From positions 67,270,001 through 67,334,000 of the forward strand of contig OX597817.1 in NCBI GenBank assembly GCA_951406725.2: a stretch of DNA of 64,000 nt. The letters are read 5' to 3'. The DNA is from Octopus vulgaris. Lineage: Eukaryota. Position 1 is the first letter of the stretch, and every line of letters starts with the position of its first letter. A program made the translations under genes and the position numbers. Below are positions 55,804 through 64,000 of the stretch, in pieces. The notes under the pieces are model-generated. The model was given only the letters and a program-made list of their open reading frames with translations, searched no databases and was not told the DNA's origin.

Positions 55804-56116
55804 GTGGAGGCACAAGGCCTAGTGGTTAGAGCAGCGGACTCGTGGTCGAGGGATCGCGGGTTCGAATCTCAGACCGGGCGATGTGTGTGTTTATGAGCGA
55901 AACACCTAAGCTCTACGCAGCTTCGGCAGAAAGTAATGGCGAACTTCTGCTAACTCTTTCGCCACAACTTTCTCACACTCTTTCCTCCTGCATCTTGCAG
56001 CTCACCTGCGACGGACCGGTGTCCCGTCCAGGTGGGTAACCTATACGCCAAGAAAACCGGGAAACCGGCCCTTATGAGCCAGGCATGGCTCCAGAAGGCA
56101 CAAACAACAACAACAA
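55804..56116 (+). mobile_element. tRNA-derived SINE family C (V-domain-like), full length
   Basis: A box GGCCTAGTGG, B box GGTTCGAATC, central CCTGCGACGGACCGGTGTCCCGTCCAGG and (AAC)n tail. Confidence 0.82.
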
Positions 56117-58381
56117 TCGAAATTTGTCTCTCTGAAATTTGCTGGTCTTGAGACAAAATTTGAAGTAAGAAGGGCGGTGACTTGTTAGAATCGGTAGAGC
56201 ATCGATGGAAATGGTTTGTGCAATTTCTTCCGGTTCCTGACGATTTACTTTCAAATCACGCCGATGTCAACTTTGCCTTTTCATCATATCATGGTTGGTA
56301 AAATAAAGAAGTAGCAGTCACCCTAAAATTGCTGGCCTTGTGTCTAAATTACAAACCATTATTATCTAAGTAAGGAGAAAAGGTAAGACATACCATTAGA
56401 TACATCATTAACCGCTAGTATTTAAGTTAATAACAGAAAAAAAAAGAAACAGACAAATATAGAGAAAATAAATTGATTGATAATTAGAGAAATGAGATCA
56501 TTTATTATCAATACCTTTCAGAACTGAAATAAATTATCGACTTGAGATTAATACGGACACTAATCCAAAATCCTTTCATCTGCCAAATTTAGCGTGGAAG
56601 AGATCAGTTTCAAAGCTCTCACGATAGAAACGCTTTCTGTTGTTATTCTCTTAATCAGGGATAATGTTGTTGATATGGTTGTTGTTGTAATCATCATCAT
56701 CATCATCGTCATCATTAGTTTTATAATTATTATTGTTGTTGTTGTTGCTACTGCTGTTGTTTTTGTTGTTTCGTGATTGCGTGGTGTGTCTGCGGTGTGA
56801 TTCAAGAAAACAACCACGTGTCTTGGTTTATTAGTTTATTACTTAAGATAAAAAGTGTCTAAATTGTCTTTGATGACACAAGCTGTGTAAATCTGTTTTG
56901 TGCGATTTACATGCAATTGGCGAGATAAGAGAATTGATAGAAATCTTAGATTATCTCCTGCCACTTTAAAAGACTCAAAGATTTTTCATCAAAGAAACAA
57001 GATCTTAGATGATATTGTTGTTGTTGATTAGGCCCAGATTAGCACTGATTAAGTAGATCTATATGATCAAAGATGTTCCAACCACAACTAGTCTTTCCTT
57101 TTTCAGGCATAGGACTACATAGTTCAATTAATCCATTTTCTATATATGTAACGCACGAAATTCTCGAACTTTGAGTCACTCTGTTGCTTCTGGTATATAT
57201 ATATATATTTGAAGACGGCAGGGTGTGAATTGAGGAAAATGTAACTGTTATTTCTTGCGGGTGAATGATATTCACTGGCCCTAATTTGACCACTGAACAT
57301 CATTGCCTATTTTAGCAGGTGTGCTGTCCCTGGATGTGTACAGAAAATATATCTAGGAAGGAATATGACACATGATGATTATTGAAGATTTCCGGTCGAA
57401 ACGCAGTGTTGATGTAAATATTAAAATGCATAATAAAACGATTATAATTTTATTAACTTAACATTATTTAATTATGTTTTTAAAATATAGATGGCATCAC
57501 TAGAAAAAGTATTTTCCTGGCAACTCACAACCTTTCTAAAAAGCAAAACATATAAAAGTCATTAGTGTCTGAGTCCCATATAGCAAGACAAATATTACTG
57601 TTAAGCAGGGGTCATGAAAAAGTTTTAAATTTGGACTAGAAACGATCGTAAGCTATAAAATAAAAGATATGAAAATACCTATGATAAAACTACGACGCAC
57701 GAAAATTACTTAAAACGTATCAACAAGAGAACTCCTACGTGACTATACGTAGACATAGCAACTAAATCTCCCTCAAAACACACGCTACCCTTTTGAAAAG
57801 AAAATATCGAACAACGCAGTCTTAGGTATATCAAAAAGAGGGGCCTAGATGGTAATGATTGGAATGTTATTTAATATGTGTAGACCGGGGATCATCTAAG
57901 GCTAAACAACAACGATATCAGCAAAATCCCTTCTCAAATAACACCTTACCATCTTAACATTCGGAAGATTACATAAAATAACATAGTTCTGTTTATACAC
58001 AGTATACATGAAAATAAAATGAGATGGTCATGGCTGAACGCTTTTGATAAATCTGTGTAAGTGTAACCGATTTAAGCTAACCTATGATCATAGGAATTCT
58101 CTTCGTTGACACCTTATCTTTTCAAACCTAATGTAAATCAGACTATATTGTCTAAAATGCTTTATATTAGAGTGTAAGGTGTGACTTAATTGAGGTTTTG
58201 TTGATATTTCTGATATTTCTAGCTTGTGGGAGGTTTTGTTGATATTTCTGATATTTCTAGCTTGTGGGGTGACCCGACGACCCAATGGCCCCATCAGTAG
58301 CACGGAAACCTAAATGTAGATGATAATACTACCGGTAATGAGAATGGTGACGATGACGACAACGACGACCACGATGATTAA

Positions 58382-58413
<32 letters not shown>

Positions 58414-58614
58414 CAGCTAGAATGAATGTAGAAAAAGATAATGAATGACACTTGCACGTTTCCTCATCCGTGTGATGTGGATGTAATTAGCCGTTAATAA
58501 TATATAAATACATTGCGTGCTGTATTATATCTACTCAGAGGCATTAAATTCATCTTATCATTATTGAACAACAACAACAACAACAACAACAATAATAACA
58601 ATAATAATACGTAA

Positions 58615-59030
58615 AATATATTTGTAAAGGAATTTGACAAATTAAGTAAATATAAGGACCTGGAAATTGAAATACAAATGATGTGGCATCTTAAAATAAT
58701 AACTGTTCCTGTTACTGTAGGTGCCCTAGGTATGATAAAAAAGGGATGCCAGAAACGTTCCAGGAGGACCATGTCTCAGAGAAATCCACAGGATTGTACT
58801 GACAAGTATTGCCCACATCTTTAGAAGAAAACTATTAATTTAAATGTCTGTGTTGTATTACATGAAGATATTTCGCTACTGCCCCTGCAACTTCCCCTTC
58901 CCAAGCTTTCAGTCCTACTGCAAAATCTCTTATCCTTCACTTGCCCTAGGATGCTGGGTGTGTCTCGGCAAGTGATTGCAACAAACATGCAAATTAAAAA
59001 TAAACAACAATAATAAGAAGAAAATAATAA
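58615..59030 (+). mobile_element. R4/Dong-type retrotransposon 3' end
   Basis: KEFDKLSKYKDLEIEIQMMWHLKIITVPVTVGALGMI..IVL.SIAHIFRR is a REL C-terminus. It is flanked by (AAC/AAT)n. Confidence 0.85.
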
Positions 59031-59486
59031 ATGCTCTGATGGAGTACCAACTAGTGGCTCTCTTGGATTCTGCTATTAACAGATTGGAAAGCGTTGTCAT
59101 GTACGCGTTTTGTCTTGGCGTAAATGATAGGCTACAACAAATATCCTGGTCAATAACGCAGATTTGCATGTCCCTTAGTGGCTGGCGATTTGGGCATCCC
59201 TGATCACGAACAGGAGTAGCGGCGGAACATCATAGCCATGTGTTGAGAAGGATACTTTGGGGTTCGAATAATTCACCCGTGGAAACATGGGTATTTCGTT
59301 CATCATCCTTAAACAACCCTTATTTAGGGACCTTTTGAGTGGGTGGGATGGAGTACTCAACCTCAAGAAAATTGTAACTGGGCCCAATCTCCAGGGTCAT
59401 ACGCTGTTCATCCTGATATTAAATCACCATGTCACGCCCATATGACTGTGATGAATATGTCTGATGTACCCCTTTCAGATGGATAG

Positions 59487-60502
59487 TTAAAATTTTTCGG
59501 TATGCAAATTAGGGACTCCAGCATAGAATTAACTGCTGTATTTGATGAGTATATATAGAATTTATAGAGCGGTTTAAATTTTTCGGTATGCAAATTAGGG
59601 ACTCCAGCATAGAATTAACTGCTGTATTTGATGAGTTTATTGAGTAGTAGAACGTTTTCGGTATGCAAATTAGGGCCTCCAGCATAGAATTAACTGCTGT
59701 ATTTGATGAGTATATATAGAATTTATAGAGCGGTTTAAATTTTTCGGTATGCAAATTAGGGACTCCAGCATAGAATTAACTGCTGTATTTGAAAAGTTTA
59801 TTGAGTGGTATAACGTTTTCGGTATGCAAATTAGGGACTCCAGCATAGAATTAACTGCTCTATTTGATGAGTAATTTATAGAGTGGTTAAAATTGTTCGG
59901 TGTGCAAATTAGGGACTCCAGCATAGAATTAACTGCTGTATTTGATGAGTATATATAGAGTTTATAGAGCGGTTGAAATTGTTCGGTATGCAAATTAGGA
60001 ACTCCAGCATAGAATTAACTGCTGTATATGATCAGTATATATAGAATAAATAGTGAGGTTAAAATTTTTTGGTATGCAAATTAGGGACTCCAGCATAGAA
60101 TTAACTGCTGTATTTGATGAGAATATATAGAATTTATAGAGCGGTTAAATTTTTCGGTATGCAAATTAGGGACTCTAGCATAGAATTAACTTCTGTATTT
60201 GATGAGTATATATAGAGTTTATAGAGCGGTTAAAATTTTTCGGTATGCAAATTAGGGTCTCCAGCATAGAATTAACTGCTGTATTTGATGAGTATATATA
60301 GAGTTTATAGAGCGGTTAATATTTTTCGGTATGCAAATTAGGATCTCCAGCATAGAATTAACTGCTGTATTTGATGAGTATATATATAATTTATAGAGCC
60401 GTTAAAATTTTTCGGTATGCAAATTAGGGACTCCAGCATTGAATTAACTGCTGTATTTCTTGAGTATATATAGAGTTTGTAGAGTGGTTAAAAATTTTCG
60501 GT
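59487..60502. repeat. Minisatellite of 12 units of 75-86 bp
   Basis: The core TTCGGTATGCAAATTAGGGACTCCAGCATAGAATTAACTGCTGTATTTGATGAG recurs. Octamer starts are 59502, 59588, 59663, 59749, 59824, 59902, 59988, 60074, 60159, 60245, 60331 and 60417. Confidence 0.97.
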
Positions 60503-60819
60503 GACAAACACAGCATTCCTAGATAGCAGATGTCGTTGCTATCTAAGCAACTCTTTTCACGCCCGATCTATCGATTTGTTTCAACAATGTCTAAATATAT
60601 GCTTTTGACATTTGTTTTCTTTTTTAGTTTGTCATGTCTTTCGCTGCAGTACTCATTAGTTTAGATGACAGAGCAGAACATTTCTTTATCTTTCTTTCTT
60701 TTTCTCTCAGAAGTTCGGCAAAATTTAAAAGAAAGAAAATTTGAACATGTTCATTAGGAATAAAGATAAATGTGTTTGTGTGCGTGCGTGTGTGTGTGTG
60801 TGTATGTGTGCGTGTGTAT

Positions 60820-60850
<31 letters not shown>

Positions 60851-61366
60851 GAAATATGCTTCTGTTTATGTGTGTGAGTATACAGACATATACCTACATC
60901 TACACGTGCCCACACACACATACACACTCACACATATATACATGCACAACCTGAATACGCTGAGTTCATGAGTATGAATCTTATGAATCTATGTTGATGT
61001 CCGAGTTCATGTTGATGTGTGTGTAAACCTATGTTCATGAGTGGTGTATGGGAATGTACGTCGATATGTCAATATGCGAGAATCTATATTGATATGCGAG
61101 TAGTTGGGTCAATGTTTATATGACTCTATGTAAGTCTACATTGGAGTGTTAGTGCGTGAACCTACATGTCAATATGGAAGTTTTTGTGAGTCTATGTTGA
61201 TATGAAAGTCTTTAAGAGTCTGTGTGAGTATATTATCCTAGATATAGAAGCATCCCAGGCTGAAATTAACCAAGAATGATTGCAGTAGTAAATTTCTCAC
61301 AAAAGGTATCTAATCCAGTTTCGATTTTTACATGAAATTACTTCACTGTATCACCGTAATCTGGAG

Positions 61367-61501
61367 CAGCAATGGATAACTTGCGGCCCGCAGTACTTTC
61401 TGGATGGTACACACAAGGAAAAATTACCTTCAATTTCTTTTAGCCTGAGGATGAGTCATGGCTTATGCGGCCCACTTGTCGAAAAAGGTTGTCCATGCCG
61501 G
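61367..61501. mobile_element. Short hAT/Charlie-type MITE
   Basis: Imperfect TIRs CAGCAATGGATAACTT / AGGTTGTCCATGCCGG, internal GCGGCCC motifs, and flanks ATCTGGAG / CTCTAGAA resembling the NTCTAGAN target. Confidence 0.6.
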
Positions 61502-61536
61502 CTCTAGAAATTACCAGCGGAAGAAAGCATCTGTAT

Positions 61537-62402
61537 TTGGAGCAAATATCAGAATTGAACAGCCGAAATTTGCTATGATGGTTCGGTGTCTGACTGAAGA
61601 TTGAAGGCTTCGAATGATTTGTCTGTGTTCCGTGTTCGTCCCTTCCTGTGTTTCACGTTCATTATATATAAAAACATTCATTCTTATATTATTGCGGCGT
61701 TACGTGCACCCCCCCCCCGTTTGTTTGTCCAATTTTAAACCCTGCACGACTTCTATACACACTGTCTTTCCTGCCCGCCATTGCTTCTTCACCAAACTTT
61801 TTGGCGCCCTCCGATTCTTCCCCTCTCTTCCTCCCATCCTCCTCCCCTCTTCCTCCCATCCTCCTTAATCCCTTCTTTCTCCTTTTCTCTTGGTCACTGA
61901 TTCTGTCCCCTGCCTTCCACCCTCTTTGATTCCCTCTCTCTCTGTCTCTCTTTCTCTCTCTCTCCTGCGACCTGCTGCTTCTTAAACCATTCTGTTGGCC
62001 TTCGTATCTCGACCAACATGTGTCCCCGCTACCGAAACGGTAATTATTTCTACGCCAGCTATGTTGTTGTTGTTTCTGTCTCATTTGGTCTAAAGTCGTA
62101 TGACAACCACCGTTATATATGTTTTGTTTGTTCATTACCGTTTTCAATTTCGTTTTCGTCTCTTGTGTTTACATCCGTCTTGTGCGTTCACATTCCTGTC
62201 TTCTACCAAGAAATCTAATGCTTACAGCTTAGTTTTTTTTCTTGGGGCTGGCCGAGTTGGAGCAAATATCAGAATTGAACAGCCGAAATTTGCTATGATG
62301 GTTCGGTGTCTGACTGAAGATTGAAGGCTTCGAATGATTTGTCTGTGTTCCGTGTTCGTCCCTTCCTGTGTTTCACGTTCATTATATATAAAAACATTCA
62401 TT

Positions 62403-62409
<7 letters not shown>
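61537..62409 (+). mobile_element. Non-autonomous unit with identical 153-bp direct repeats (61537-61689, 62257-62409), pLTR-like
   Basis: The repeats are identical by eye at a 720-bp period. They lack TG..CA ends, and the unit runs into (TA)n(GATA)n. Confidence 0.8.
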
Positions 62410-62456
<47 letters not shown>

Positions 62457-62467
62457 TATATATATAT

Positions 62468-62560
<93 letters not shown>

Positions 62561-62822
62561 CAAAAATTACTTGGAAGTGGATGCGTGGCGTTCGATCATA
62601 TAATAACAAAATAATAAATAAAACATATACATATATACATTCATATATGTACATACCTACATCTATATGTATATATACATGCATATATGGGTACAGGGCA
62701 CCAAAAAAAAAAACGTAGAACACAATGAGAAACGAAAACATATGCATATCTATATACATATAGATGTAGGTATGTACATATATGTATGTATACATATGTT
62801 TTATTTATTAATTTGTTATTAG

Positions 62823-62898
<76 letters not shown>

Positions 62899-63588
62899 AT
62901 ATATGATGCCTGTCCAATTGTGACCGAGGAAGACCGTTACTGACTATTGCCAATGCAAAATGTCAGCAATGCTTGTCCAATAAGGCTTGCACGACATCTC
63001 ATAGACCCTCTCCACCCTACTGATGTGATCCGAAGACGAGCCAGGGCAAAACATCTAGTGACAATGTGGGTCACAAGCTCAGGAGTATGGAAGCTCCATG
63101 ATCTCAAGCGCAAGCAAAAGATCCCAAAAATGTCCTGTGTCATTCCCTGCATATCTGGTTTTCTACCAGAGTGACCTTCTCCAAGAGACATGCCTTAACA
63201 AAAAATCCCAATGGTCTACCAACACGCCGGACACCAAACCGGAATTTTTGAAGGCTCTTGCTATTGCTAGATAGTCGTTGAGCCTACACTGGGATTATTT
63301 GTCCTTTGACAAGTCTTGTTTTTAGCCCTGCTTAGTCTCTAGCAACCTTCCTCAGCAAGTAAGCTCAGTGAGGTTGCCGATTTAATCGCCTACGACCCGA
63401 TTATGTGACAGGTTGTACTGGATTCCATGTTACTTGTAGCACCCATGAGGGACCTCACAAATGACCTGACACATACATACATGCACACACACATATACAT
63501 ATGCACACACACACACACACACATATATGCACACGCGCACGCACACATGCATACACACACACACACAATACATAGATATGCATGTACT

Positions 63589-63904
63589 TTAAATCCTTTG
63601 TTCCTTGTAGGGCATAGACCATTAACAACCTATCTCCACTGCTCTTGACTCTGGGCTGCCTTTTAGGCCTTTTCCTCCAGCTCTTGGTGGTTTTGGAATG
63701 TCATCGATGCTTCTGTAATTTTTATTTTTTCTAAGTAAGGCTGTTGGCCCTAGGCAAACCCATTATTTTTACTTCTAGGAGAGAAGGTTTATATTAGTCT
63801 GTCTCCTTTGATTTGCTCAGTATGGAAGGCTATCCAGGAGCTTACGCTCCATTGACACGAATCTCAGGGTCATTGAGACACAAAAGCCACCATTTGCAAC
63901 AGGT
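63589..63904 (-). mobile_element. Bipartite non-autonomous RTE derivative (5' UTR fused to 3' end)
   Basis: Minus strand TGTGTCTCAATGACCCTGAG..GGAGCGTAAGCTCCTGG..CAGACTAA resembles RTE/Expander 5' UTRs and is followed by AQSQEQWR*VVNGLCPT, an RTE-like C-terminus. Confidence 0.65.
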
Positions 63905-64000
63905 ACTGGACTTTATGATGGATATATAATGTAACTATATTGGTAAAGTAGAGAAGATACGAATGGTGATGATGCTGAAAGAGTCGAAAAAATACAAATC

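Noticed and set aside
55804-55875. tRNA gene
   Set aside because: A and B boxes are present, but there is no complete cloverleaf and it continues into a SINE body.
58192-58267. 38-bp tandem duplication
   Set aside because: Simple local slippage with no further structure.
59487-60502. CRISPR-like repeat-spacer appearance, and TTGATGAG resembling a hammerhead core or box C
   Set aside because: The linkers are homologous to each other, there are no cas genes, and the context is eukaryotic. There is no CUGAUGA, consistent GAAA or box D.
60960-61230. Degenerate ~20-bp repeats (GAGTCTATGTTGATAT-like)
   Set aside because: Old decayed minisatellite with no evidence of function.
62905-63440. Complex segment, possibly a LINE 5' region on the minus strand
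   Set aside because: No diagnostic motif that I can support.

Overview
AT-rich eukaryotic genomic DNA with no host protein-coding gene that I can support. It is intergenic or deep-intronic; the SINE families resemble octopus SINEs as I recall them, so a cephalopod origin is inferred, not proven. Nearly all ORFs in the supplied track are microsatellite translation artefacts. The real content is dense microsatellites plus decayed mobile DNA: L1/Tx1, CR1-group, RTE, R4/Dong and HERO-like LINE fragments, a Gypsy integrase, DD37D (maT) Tc1/mariner copies, hAT MITEs, a Helitron, three tRNA-derived SINE families, and Penelope-like (GIY-YIG) remnants. The most notable signal is a dispersed set of minimal type-I hammerhead ribozyme motifs with palindromic stem III, several in short direct- or inverted-repeat units wedged between microsatellites. 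The motif at 5343-5398 looks intact, and the one at 9444-9517 sits in a 397-nt retrozyme-like unit. Other highlights are a 12-unit minisatellite with an ATGCAAAT octamer (perfect in 11 units), a SINE whose 3' tail matches the local Tx1 LINE, and several long near-perfect hairpins. All assignments were made by eye, and the boundaries of decayed elements are approximate.
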